A DNA stretch of 64,000 nucleotides from Acidobacteriota bacterium (GTDB lineage: Bacteria; Acidobacteriota; UBA6911; RPQK01; JAJDTT01), in the NCBI GenBank assembly GCA_965209055.1, contig OZ242374.1, positions 1,088,001 through 1,152,000 of the forward strand. Direction: 5' to 3'. A program made the translations under genes and the position numbers. This document shows positions 8,933 through 17,670 of the stretch, in pieces; the stretch's first letter is position 1, and every line of letters begins with the position of its first letter. The notes beneath the pieces are model-generated. The model saw only the letters and a list, made by a program, of their open reading frames with translations, had not been told where the DNA came from and ran no database searches.

Positions 8933-10552
8933 TCAATCCTCGTAATCCACCAGGATCTCGACGCTCTTGAGAGCGAGGGGGCTGGTGACCTGGGGATTCC
9001 GGGCCCGGACGGCGGCTCCGATTCGGTTCCAGCCCTGCTTGAGTTGGGGAGGACCGGCGGCGAATTCGAGCCAGGTTTCGGTGAAGAAGACGTGCCGCGT
9101 GTGGGGCTCCCCCATGGGTTGGCCGTTCAGGGTGACCTCCAACCGGTCCAGGGGAGTCAGTTGGTCGACCAGAAGACGGACCGTCGCCGCTTTCAGGACG
9201 CCCTCCCGGGCGGCCGCTTCCAAGTCGTCCGCCACGTCCAGGGAGATCTCCGCGGCGTCCCCCGCCTTGGCCAGGTCGAGCGGCAGCCGGCCGGCCCCCC
9301 AGGTCTTCTGATCCGCCAGGTAGTGCTTGTCCTTGCGTCCGATGGCCTGGGGGTCGCCCAGCTCCTTCCACGGGAGGCGGTCGTATTGCCGGTCCCGGAC
9401 CACCTGCAGGTAGTGGTTGTTGAACACGAAGATCCCCTGGGCGCCGGCCCGGTAGTGGGCCGCGGCCACGGCGCGGCACATCTCGGCCGTGTAGTAGTCC
9501 TTCTCGTTCCAGATCAGCTTGGCCGAGAGGGGCCTGGGTTGCTGGAAGAGGCCCAGTCCCTGGGCCACGACCTGGGTACGGGTCCCCCGAGCCGCCTCCA
9601 CGTACTCCTCCACAGGGAGGCGATGCTTGTTCCCCGGCTGGTAGCCGACGATGAGGATGTCCAGCAGACCCTTCGAGAGCCAGCTTCTCACGTCCATGCC
9701 CTGCGCCAGGGCCTCGTCCAGCGAGCCGGGCACTCTGACCGAGAGGGAGAGCCGGCGGCCCACCCGTTCCCCTTTTTCGTCCAGCGCCCGGCGGATGTCG
9801 CCCAACAAATCGGTCAGCAGGGGCGCACCCTCCGCTTCCCGGCCTTGGGGAAAGAGAAAGGGATGCCGGCAGAAGTCCCAGTCCAGTCCGTCCAGGTCGT
9901 AATTCCCGATGGCCTCCCGGGCCAGAGCCAGCTTGTATTCCCGGACCTGGGGCAGAGCGAAGTTGTAGGCCGTCCTGCGGGCGCCTTCCTCCCCCAGGAG
10001 CCAATCCGGATGCCGCCTCTTGACAGGCGACATGAGGGGGTCCTCCAGCCCGCCCTCCAGGCGGCTGTCGTGGATGTCGTTGACCCGCATGCAGACGAAG
10101 ACTTCCAGGCCGGCCCGATGCCCGTGCTCCACCACCACGGCGACGGGGTCGGTTCCGGCCTCCATCAGCCGTTTCGCGTTCTCCCGGATGCGCCAGAGTC
10201 CGGCGCTGTGGAAGGAAGGGTTCTCCACCCCCCAGATGGAGCCCACGTCCGTCGGGTGCGAGTACCAGTCCGAGAGCCTGTGGGACGGGGTCCCCAGGTA
10301 GGGGTCGGTTCCCAATTGCCAGAAAAGCGTGTTGATCTGCGTGTCCCGCAGCGGTTCGATGGCCAGCTTGACCAGGCCCTCCACTCCGATGGGAGCTTCC
10401 AGCACGGGACCCGCCACCGATCCCCCGTCGTTGGAGAGGATGAAACGGGTTTTGCCGCCGGGCTTCGCCCCGGGTTCCTCCGGGGCGGCGCAACCCGCCA
10501 GCAGGATCACGGCGCCGGCTGCGGCCGGGAGACGGCGGCAATAAAACCTCAT
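8933..10552 (-). CDS. Lipoprotein, glycoside hydrolase-like (GHL10/DUF187-type TIM barrel)
   Basis: Lipobox LLAGC; RVNDIHD, YNFALPQVR, YDLDGLDWDFCRHP; ATGA overlap with the upstream stop. Confidence 0.7.
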   Translation of the reverse strand: MRFYCRRLPAAAGAVILLAGCAAPEEPGAKPGGKTRFILSNDGGSVAGPVLEAPIGVEGLVKLAIEPLRDTQINTLFWQLGTDPYLGTPSHRLSDWYSHPTDVGSIWGVENPSFHSAGLWRIRENAKRLMEAGTDPVAVVVEHGHRAGLEVFVCMRVNDIHDSRLEGGLEDPLMSPVKRRHPDWLLGEEGARRTAYNFALPQVREYKLALAREAIGNYDLDGLDWDFCRHPFLFPQGREAEGAPLLTDLLGDIRRALDEKGERVGRRLSLSVRVPGSLDEALAQGMDVRSWLSKGLLDILIVGYQPGNKHRLPVEEYVEAARGTRTQVVAQGLGLFQQPRPLSAKLIWNEKDYYTAEMCRAVAAAHYRAGAQGIFVFNNHYLQVVRDRQYDRLPWKELGDPQAIGRKDKHYLADQKTWGAGRLPLDLAKAGDAAEISLDVADDLEAAAREGVLKAATVRLLVDQLTPLDRLEVTLNGQPMGEPHTRHVFFTETWLEFAAGPPQLKQGWNRIGAAVRARNPQVTSPLALKSVEILVDYED

Positions 10553-12048
10553 GCCAGCAGCTTCGCGACCACCTTGCCCCCCACGTCGGTCAGCCGGAAA
10601 TCCCGGCCCTGGAAGCGATGAGTGAGGCGGACGTGATCCAGACCGAAGAGATGCAGGATGGTGGCGTGGAGGTCGTTGATGTGAATCGGATCCTCGACCG
10701 GGTTCCAGCCGATGTCGTCGGTCCGGCCCAGCACCTGCCCTCCCTGGATGCCGCCGCCGGCCATGAACATGGAGAAGGCGAAGGGGTGGTGGTCCCGGCC
10801 CGTGTTCGGCTCCCGGCCCACGCGGTTCTCGCCCAGGGGAGTCCGGCCGAACTCGCCTCCCCAGATCACCAGGGTCTCGTCCAGCAGCCCCCGCTGCTTG
10901 AGATCCTTCAGCAGGGCCGCCACCGGCTGATCGCACATCATGCAGTTGAAACCCAGTCCGCTGTCCAGGTTGCTGTGGTGGTCCCAGGAAGCATGATAGA
11001 TGCTGACGAAGCGGACGCCCCGCTCCACCAGGCGCCGGGCCAGCAGGCAGTTCCGGGCGTAGGTCGAGAAGACTCCCGGACGGTAGCCCCGGCTGGGCTT
11101 GTCCTTCCACTTCCCCTCGGTCCGGTTCACGCCGTACATCTCAAGCGTCTTCTCGCTCTCCCCGCTGAGGTCGATGAGTTCGGGAGCCGACGACTGCATG
11201 CGGAAGGCCAACTCGTAGGAGGCGATCCGGGAGAGGATCTCGGGATCCCGGGTCTGCCGGAAACGCTCCTCGTTGAGCTGCCTGAGCCGGTCCAGTCCCA
11301 GGCGCTGGCACTCGTGGGGGAGTCCCGCGGGATTGGTCAGGTTCAGGACCGGGTCGCCCTGGTTTCGAAACAGCACCCCCTGGTAGTTGGTGGGCAGGAA
11401 TCCGCTGGTCCAGTTGGAGGCGCCGCCGCTGGTTCCCCGGCCGGCCGTGAGCACCACGTATCCGGGCAGGTTCTCCGACTCGCTCCCGAGGCCGTAGTTG
11501 ATCCAGGAGCCCATGGAGGGCCGGCCGAAGGTGGGCACGCCCGTGTTCATCATGAGCTGGCCGGGATGGTGGTTGAAGGTGTCGGTATGCAGCGACCGGA
11601 CGAGGGCGATGTCGTCGGCGCAACCGGCGATGTGGGGCAGCAGGTCGGAGATCTCCATGCCGCACTCGCCGCGTTTCCGAAACCTGGCTCCGGAACCCTT
11701 CAGCACCGCCGTCTCCTTGCGGATGAAGGCGAATCTCACCTTCTCCAGCAACGACTCGGGCATGGACTGGCCGTCCAGTTCGTTGAGCTTGGGCTTGGGA
11801 TCGAAAAGGTCCAACTGGCTGGGGGCGCCCGCCATGAAGAGGAAGATGCAGGACTTGGCCTTGGGTGCGAAATGGGGCTGCCTGGGGAAGAGAGGATTGG
11901 CGATGCCCGCGTCGGGCTTCGCCTGGAGCAGCCCCTCCCGCGCCAGCAGGGAGGCCAGGGCCGCGGTCCCGAGGCCGCTGGCCGAAGTGGTGAGGAAGTC
12001 CCGGCGGGAAGCCGGCAATCTGTCTTCCGGAGATTCCATGGTCGTCAC
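10549..12048 (-). CDS. DUF1501 family protein with Tat signal
   Basis: SRRDFL; KSCIFLFMAGAPSQLDLFDPKP; LARRLVERGVRFV; GEFGRTP; GRDHHP. Confidence 0.9.
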   Translation of the reverse strand: MTTMESPEDRLPASRRDFLTTSASGLGTAALASLLAREGLLQAKPDAGIANPLFPRQPHFAPKAKSCIFLFMAGAPSQLDLFDPKPKLNELDGQSMPESLLEKVRFAFIRKETAVLKGSGARFRKRGECGMEISDLLPHIAGCADDIALVRSLHTDTFNHHPGQLMMNTGVPTFGRPSMGSWINYGLGSESENLPGYVVLTAGRGTSGGASNWTSGFLPTNYQGVLFRNQGDPVLNLTNPAGLPHECQRLGLDRLRQLNEERFRQTRDPEILSRIASYELAFRMQSSAPELIDLSGESEKTLEMYGVNRTEGKWKDKPSRGYRPGVFSTYARNCLLARRLVERGVRFVSIYHASWDHHSNLDSGLGFNCMMCDQPVAALLKDLKQRGLLDETLVIWGGEFGRTPLGENRVGREPNTGRDHHPFAFSMFMAGGGIQGGQVLGRTDDIGWNPVEDPIHINDLHATILHLFGLDHVRLTHRFQGRDFRLTDVGGKVVAKLLA

Positions 12049-15000
12049 TCCCGGGTCAGGAACTCGTCCAGGTTCAGGATCATTCGGCCGGCGGCGATCC
12101 AGGCGGCCGTCTCGGTGGCCGGCGTGCCGGCTTCGGACCCGGCGAATTCGGCGGCCGCCTCAGGGTCTTGCTCGAAGGCGCTGCGGTGCTCGGCCAGCAA
12201 CTCGCGAACGATCCCGGCTTCCCGGGGGCTCGGGTCGCGGGCCAGCGCCAGGCGAAACGCGAATCCGATCCGATCGGCGTCCCCGGAGGGGGCCTCGGCC
12301 AGAATCCTCCGTCCCAGCGACCGGGCGCTCTCGACGAACAGAGGTCCGTTGAGCAGCGTCAGGGCCTGAAGCGGAGTGTTGGAACGGATCCGGCGGACGC
12401 AGGAGGTGTTGGAATCAGGACTGTCGAAGGTCATGAGCATGGGGTACGGAACGGTCCGCTGGAAGAAGATGTAGAGGCCCCGGCGATACTGGTCGGTCCC
12501 GGTGCTCACGGGCCACTCCGTCCCGCCGTATCCCAGATCGGCCACTCCCGCCGGCAGCGGCGGGTAGACGCTCTTGCCGCCGACCCGCGGCTCCAGCAGC
12601 CCGGCCACGGCCAGATAGAGGTCCCGCGTCGCTTCCGACTCGACGCGGAAACGGTTCTGCCGGGCCAGGAGCAGATTCTTGGGGTCCTTTTCCATGAGTT
12701 TGGGACGGACGTGGGAAGACTGCCGGTAGGTGGCCGACGTCGTGATCAATCGGATCAGGTCCTTGCGGCTCCACCCGCCGGCCACGAACTCCTTGGACAG
12801 CCAATCCAGGAGCCGGGGATGAGACGGTTTCTCGCCCCGGGTGCCGAAGTCCTCGCTGGTGGCCACCAGTCCCCGGCCGAAGAGGTGCTCCCAGAGGCGG
12901 TTGACCTCGACCCGGGCGGTCAGGGGGTGGGCAGGATCGGTCAGCCAGAAGGCCAGATCCAGCCGGTCCGGATTCTCGCCGCGAGGTTCGAACGGCGGCA
13001 GGACGGTGAGGGTGTTCGGCCGGACCTCCGCCCCCGGACTCAGGAAGTCTCCCCGCAGGTGAATGTGGGTCCGGGGCGGGTCGGGGTTCTCCACCAGTGT
13101 CTGGGCCATGGTGCCCGGAGGACGGGGCCGGGCCCGGCGGTGTCCCTCCAACGCCGCCAGGCGGTGCCGGACCTCGGGGTTCAGGTCCACGTAGTAGTCG
13201 AGGACGGCGGATTGCTGCTCCGGACTCCGTTCCCCGGCAGGAACCGCCAGGGCCCTCTCCACCGGCATGGGGAAGACCTGCTTCAGGTCCTTCCGCGGCG
13301 CCTGCGTCACGTAGGCCCTCAGGGAGCCGATGTTGTGGCTCTCGCCGTGGAGCTGCTCCAAGGTCAGGGTGAGTGACGATCCTCCATAGCGTCCCAGGCT
13401 CTGAGAGGTCACGAAGACCGCCTGTTGATCCCGGTTGGGTCCCAGGGGACCGTTCACGCCCCAACCGGTCTTGGGGTCTCCATCGACGGCCTTCTCGATC
13501 TCGAACCCCTTCCGGGAGGTGCCGGCGAAGACTCTCTCCACCGGAATCGCGGTGGGTTTGACCGGGTCGGAGAGCCGGGCGTCGCCGATCTTGAACTCGG
13601 AGAGGACGAAAGCTCCTTCCGGAGATCGTCCGGGACCGCCCGAGGGCAGGGACTCGTGCGTCGGAAAATCGAGCCGGACGGCATTGACTCCCCGGACCTC
13701 GATGTTGGCCACCAGAGTGTATCGGTCCTTCCTGGGGTTGTTGCCGGTCACCAGCAGCGCGCCGGCGCCGTCTTCGCTGAACTCGGCGCCCCCGGCGGCG
13801 ACGTAGCCGGACAAGTCCAGCGGAATCCACTCCACGGGAGTGTGGTCCAGACCCTTCTCCCAGAGGGCCAGTTCCCGGGACCCCTCCAGCTTCTCCTTCA
13901 GCTCCGAACGCTGCTCCGCCAGGGCGGCCAGCAGCTTCTCATGCTCCCGCTCCCACTGCCGGGTCGCCAACCGGTAGGCCACCTGTTCCCGGGGAAGCGG
14001 GGCGGGGATGTTCTTTTCGACTCCGGTGTTGAAGAACGAGAAGAGTTGGTAGTACTCCCGGTGCGAAATGGGGTCGTACTTGTGGGAGTGGCACCGGGCG
14101 CAGCCCACGGTGAGGCCCATGAAGACCAGGCCCGTGGTGTCGGTCCGGTCCACCACCTGCTCCACCCGGTACTCCTCCGGGTCCACGCCCCCCTCGGTGT
14201 TGGTCAACGTGTTGCGGTGAAAACCGGTGGCCGTCTTCTGCTCCACGGTGGCGTCCGGCAGCAGGTCGCCTGCCAACTGCTCCACCACGAACTGGTCGTA
14301 GGGAAGGTCGCGGTTGAAGGCGTCGATGACCCACTCGCGGTAGCGCCAGGCATGGGGCCTGACCCTGTCCTTCTCGAAGCCGTCGCTGTCGGCGTAGCGG
14401 GCCAGGTCCAGCCAGTGGCGGGCCCAGCGCTCCCCGAAGTGGGGCGACGACAACACCCGGTTGACCAGCCGCTCGTAGGCGTAGGGACGCCGGTCGTCGA
14501 GGAAGCGATCCTGTTGAGCCGGCGTCGGAGGAAGGCCCAGGAGATCCAGGTAGAGTCGCCGAATCAAGGTGGACCGGCCGGCTTCGGGCGAGGGCTCCAA
14601 GCCCTCGCTGCGCAGCTGGCGCAGCACGAAGGCGTCGATGTCGTTTCGAATCCAATCGCCGTCCGCGATCCGGGGCGGCGGGTCGTGCCGAACCGGCCGG
14701 AAAGTCCAATGGCCTCCGACGCGAGCCGCTTGGGCTGCTGCTTCGTCCGGAGTTCGGCGGTTGGATACCGCCGCTTCCCAGACCGCCCCTTGATCGATCC
14801 AGGCCCTCAGGACTCCGACCTGCTCCGGGCTGAGGGGCTCCCCGTCCAGGGGCATCTTCAAGTCGTCCAAGCCCGCCACCAGCCGGATCAGACGGCTGCC
14901 GGCGCTGTTCCCCTCCAGCACCGCCGCGCCCTTGTCCCCGCCTGCCAGAAGGTCCGAACGGGTGTGCAGCCGGAGTCCGCCCATGGCCATGGCGGGTCCG

Positions 15001-15224
15001 TGGCATTTGAAGCAACTGGCCTCGAATATGGGAAGGACGTCGGTCTCAAAGTCGACGGTGCGGTCCGCGGCAGGCGCCATCTCCGCCGCCTTGGCCCCCG
15101 GCGCCGCGGTCCCCGGCACCGCGGGCAAGGTCGGCAGCGCGGCCAACCCCGCCATGGCGACGACGAAACGGCAGGCCGTAATCCAGAATACTCTCAAGGT
15201 TCCGCTCCTCTTGTTTTCGGCCAT
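12045..15224 (-). CDS. PSD1/planctomycete cytochrome c protein (DUF1549/DUF1553)
   Basis: VDFETDVLPIFEASCFKCHG; FGERWARHWLDLARYADS; CARCHSHKYDP; PSHPRLLDWL; start trimmed to MAENKRSG. Confidence 0.9.
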   Translation of the reverse strand: MAENKRSGTLRVFWITACRFVVAMAGLAALPTLPAVPGTAAPGAKAAEMAPAADRTVDFETDVLPIFEASCFKCHGPAMAMGGLRLHTRSDLLAGGDKGAAVLEGNSAGSRLIRLVAGLDDLKMPLDGEPLSPEQVGVLRAWIDQGAVWEAAVSNRRTPDEAAAQAARVGGHWTFRPVRHDPPPRIADGDWIRNDIDAFVLRQLRSEGLEPSPEAGRSTLIRRLYLDLLGLPPTPAQQDRFLDDRRPYAYERLVNRVLSSPHFGERWARHWLDLARYADSDGFEKDRVRPHAWRYREWVIDAFNRDLPYDQFVVEQLAGDLLPDATVEQKTATGFHRNTLTNTEGGVDPEEYRVEQVVDRTDTTGLVFMGLTVGCARCHSHKYDPISHREYYQLFSFFNTGVEKNIPAPLPREQVAYRLATRQWEREHEKLLAALAEQRSELKEKLEGSRELALWEKGLDHTPVEWIPLDLSGYVAAGGAEFSEDGAGALLVTGNNPRKDRYTLVANIEVRGVNAVRLDFPTHESLPSGGPGRSPEGAFVLSEFKIGDARLSDPVKPTAIPVERVFAGTSRKGFEIEKAVDGDPKTGWGVNGPLGPNRDQQAVFVTSQSLGRYGGSSLTLTLEQLHGESHNIGSLRAYVTQAPRKDLKQVFPMPVERALAVPAGERSPEQQSAVLDYYVDLNPEVRHRLAALEGHRRARPRPPGTMAQTLVENPDPPRTHIHLRGDFLSPGAEVRPNTLTVLPPFEPRGENPDRLDLAFWLTDPAHPLTARVEVNRLWEHLFGRGLVATSEDFGTRGEKPSHPRLLDWLSKEFVAGGWSRKDLIRLITTSATYRQSSHVRPKLMEKDPKNLLLARQNRFRVESEATRDLYLAVAGLLEPRVGGKSVYPPLPAGVADLGYGGTEWPVSTGTDQYRRGLYIFFQRTVPYPMLMTFDSPDSNTSCVRRIRSNTPLQALTLLNGPLFVESARSLGRRILAEAPSGDADRIGFAFRLALARDPSPREAGIVRELLAEHRSAFEQDPEAAAEFAGSEAGTPATETAAWIAAGRMILNLDEFLTRE

Positions 15225-15380
15225 TCTATATTGTTTGGACGCCGACTTTCGCGTTTTTCCGGATCGCGCCGTTTGGGATATCAGGAGATCCAGGACGGCG
15301 GTGGGGAGATTTCCGATCGCCCATTCCTCCGTGTTTGGGGAGCCCGTCCGGGATGTTATTCTTGAATCTACGAGGAAACG

Positions 15381-16106
15381 ATGGCGCCTGAACTTGCCCA
15401 GTGGATCACTCCCGCGATTTTCGTTTCCGGCTTCTTGTACCTGGTCCGTTCCATCCGTTCCGTACGCGGCGAGTTGCGGGCAGACATGGGCGCAATGCGG
15501 GCAGACGTGGGCAAGTTGCAGTCGGACATGGGCGCAATGCGGGCAGACGTGGGCAAGTTGCAGTCGGACATGGGCGCAATGCGGGCAGACGTGGGCAAGT
15601 TGCAGTCGGACATGGGCGCAATGCGGGCAGACGTGGGCAAGTTGCGGTCGGACATGGGCGCAATGCGGGCAGACGTGGGCAAGTTGCGGTCGGACGTGGA
15701 CGAATTGCAGTCGGACGTGGGCGAATTGCGGTCGGACGTGGGCGAATTGCGAACGGACATGGGCGAATTGCGAACGGATTTCAATGACTTGCGTGACCGG
15801 GGGGATCGTCAGATCGGAGATCTCCGCGACCATGGGGATCAGCAGGTCGGCAATCTCCGCGACCACGTGGATCACCAGATCGGCGATCTCCGCGATCAAG
15901 TGAATCACCAGTTCGGCGATCTCCGCGACCATGGGGATCGGCAGGTCGGCAATCTCCGCGATCATATGGATCGGCGCTTCGGTGAATCCCGCGACCACGT
16001 GGATCACCAGTTCGGCGATCTCCGCGACCGAATGGGGCGGGTCGAAGGGGCTGTGGATGTGCTGCGGGATTTCCTCGTCCGCAATGGCCGCGGCACCGCC
16101 GCTTGA
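15381..16106 (+). CDS. Membrane-anchored coiled-coil repeat protein
   Basis: N-terminal hydrophobic helix; 15 heptads (G.LR.D[MV]) then 7 hendecads (GDLRDH.D.Q[IVF]); underlying 21/42-nt and 33-nt DNA repeats. Confidence 0.75.
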   Translation: MAPELAQWITPAIFVSGFLYLVRSIRSVRGELRADMGAMRADVGKLQSDMGAMRADVGKLQSDMGAMRADVGKLQSDMGAMRADVGKLRSDMGAMRADVGKLRSDVDELQSDVGELRSDVGELRTDMGELRTDFNDLRDRGDRQIGDLRDHGDQQVGNLRDHVDHQIGDLRDQVNHQFGDLRDHGDRQVGNLRDHMDRRFGESRDHVDHQFGDLRDRMGRVEGAVDVLRDFLVRNGRGTAA

Positions 16107-16160
16107 ACTCGACGCCGGCCCGGATGGCCGGACCTGGCCGGGCGCCGCGGAATCGAGCGC

Positions 16161-17513
16161 CTACTCTTCTCCCAGCAGCGTCAACGAGTCGATGCGGTCC
16201 AGCAGATCGCCCCTGCTCCGTGACAACGTCCTGATCTCGATTCCCGGCGACAGACCGGTGATGACCGATTTCGCGATCAGGAACCGCCCCGAGATCGACT
16301 CGTCTTTGGAAGCCGTCCGCAGTCCCCAGATGGTGTGAAACGCCGCCGGAGAGCCCCGGAAGGCTCCGAGATAGAGCATGACGTGGCCCCGAATGTTCAG
16401 CAGCGTGCGGAAGGGGACCGCCGTTTCCAGAATTCGCTTTCGTTTTTCGTCCGGGGAAAGTTCCGAGATGTCCACGACTCTCCCCGCGGCTGCCTGGTTC
16501 CTGGAATTGCGCGGCAGGGGAAGGCCGAAGGGCAGAAAGATGTCCAGGACCGTGGAGGAGCAGTCCCGGTGTCCGCCCAGCCCGCCCCATCCGTAGGGCT
16601 GACCCATGATCTGGTTGATCAGCTCGGCCAGCCGGTTCTGGGAGAACGGAAATGGAATCGGCGCGGCGTCGTCCTCCGTCAGCCGGACCTGCGACAGGGC
16701 CGCCCGGCGGCTCTCGTCGCTCACGGGAGCCAACAGGCGGACGACGCCCGTTCCGGCTCCGTCCACCAGGGGCAGCAGCATCCCGACGCGGCCCTCGAAG
16801 AGGAACCCGCCGGGGTCCCCGGAAATCGGGATCCGGTCGCGCCGCAGGGCGGCCAGGCGGGGATGCCGGTAGGCCGCCATGAATTCCTCGTCGACGGTCG
16901 CCACGTCCCGCGCATCGATCCAACCGCAGGTGTAGGGTGATTCGGCGCCCACGAACCGTCCGTCCCCGGAAACGTGCGTCAGCAGAAGGGGCGTCCCCGC
17001 CCAGACGGCCGAATTCTGGTTGTAGTCGAACGGGTATCCTTCTCCCGCCTCGCGGAAGTCGAAATAGAACGGTTCGGCCGAAGGCAGCGCGCGCAGGGAG
17101 GTGTTGCGGACGGCGATCCCATATTCGGACCGGCTGGGATACTCGTCGAGCCGCGCATTGGCAACGACGGCTTTTACCTGCGAAGCGGAGAGCCTCAGCA
17201 GATTGGGGCCGAAGACCGGCTTCCTGGCGAACGATTCGGCGGCCCAGCCGAACATGGCCTCCGTGCAGACCGCGGGCCCGGTCCGCTCCCAGGGCCCGTA
17301 CCAGTAGGCTTCGAACTTCTCGAGCCGGTCCTCGTCGGCTTCCAGGATGGGACGGTCTCCGCTCTCGGTAAAGATGGCGGCGTCCTGGGGAATCCGGACC
17401 AGGTCGCGGAGGGGCCCGGTCGAGATCAGGGGAACCCGGACCGGTGTGCAGGCGGCGCCCCATGCCAGGGCCAACGCCATCATCGATCCGGCCAGCGGCG
17501 CGAGCTTTCTCAT
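16161..17513 (-). CDS. NlpC/P60 peptidoglycan endopeptidase lipoprotein with SH3-like domains
   Basis: Lipobox WGAAC; RNTSLRALPS..P; GQPYGWGG...RDCS; LPRNS; GHVMLYLG. Confidence 0.9.
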   Translation of the reverse strand: MRKLAPLAGSMMALALAWGAACTPVRVPLISTGPLRDLVRIPQDAAIFTESGDRPILEADEDRLEKFEAYWYGPWERTGPAVCTEAMFGWAAESFARKPVFGPNLLRLSASQVKAVVANARLDEYPSRSEYGIAVRNTSLRALPSAEPFYFDFREAGEGYPFDYNQNSAVWAGTPLLLTHVSGDGRFVGAESPYTCGWIDARDVATVDEEFMAAYRHPRLAALRRDRIPISGDPGGFLFEGRVGMLLPLVDGAGTGVVRLLAPVSDESRRAALSQVRLTEDDAAPIPFPFSQNRLAELINQIMGQPYGWGGLGGHRDCSSTVLDIFLPFGLPLPRNSRNQAAAGRVVDISELSPDEKRKRILETAVPFRTLLNIRGHVMLYLGAFRGSPAAFHTIWGLRTASKDESISGRFLIAKSVITGLSPGIEIRTLSRSRGDLLDRIDSLTLLGEE

Positions 17514-17670
17514 GGCGGGAAACAACCTAGCACAGGGGGGGCGACTTCCCGGCCGCCCGTCGGAACGGCGGCCGCAGGGCCACCGGACGCCGCCCGCGAA
17601 TTCTTTACTCATCTTCGGTTGCCCGGAAAGCGTTTTCCGGTGTAGGTTTGAAACCAGCGAGACGACGAAC

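Noticed and set aside
15225-16007. N-terminal extension of the 12045..16007 ORF with many CPHCAH motifs suggesting a multiheme protein
   Set aside because: It is the antisense reading of the coiled-coil repeat gene, and the motif is CxxCxH rather than CxxCH.
15468-16013. Regular 21/42/33-nt repeats as a CRISPR array
   Set aside because: No unique spacers, unit lengths are multiples of three within an ORF, and there are no cas genes.
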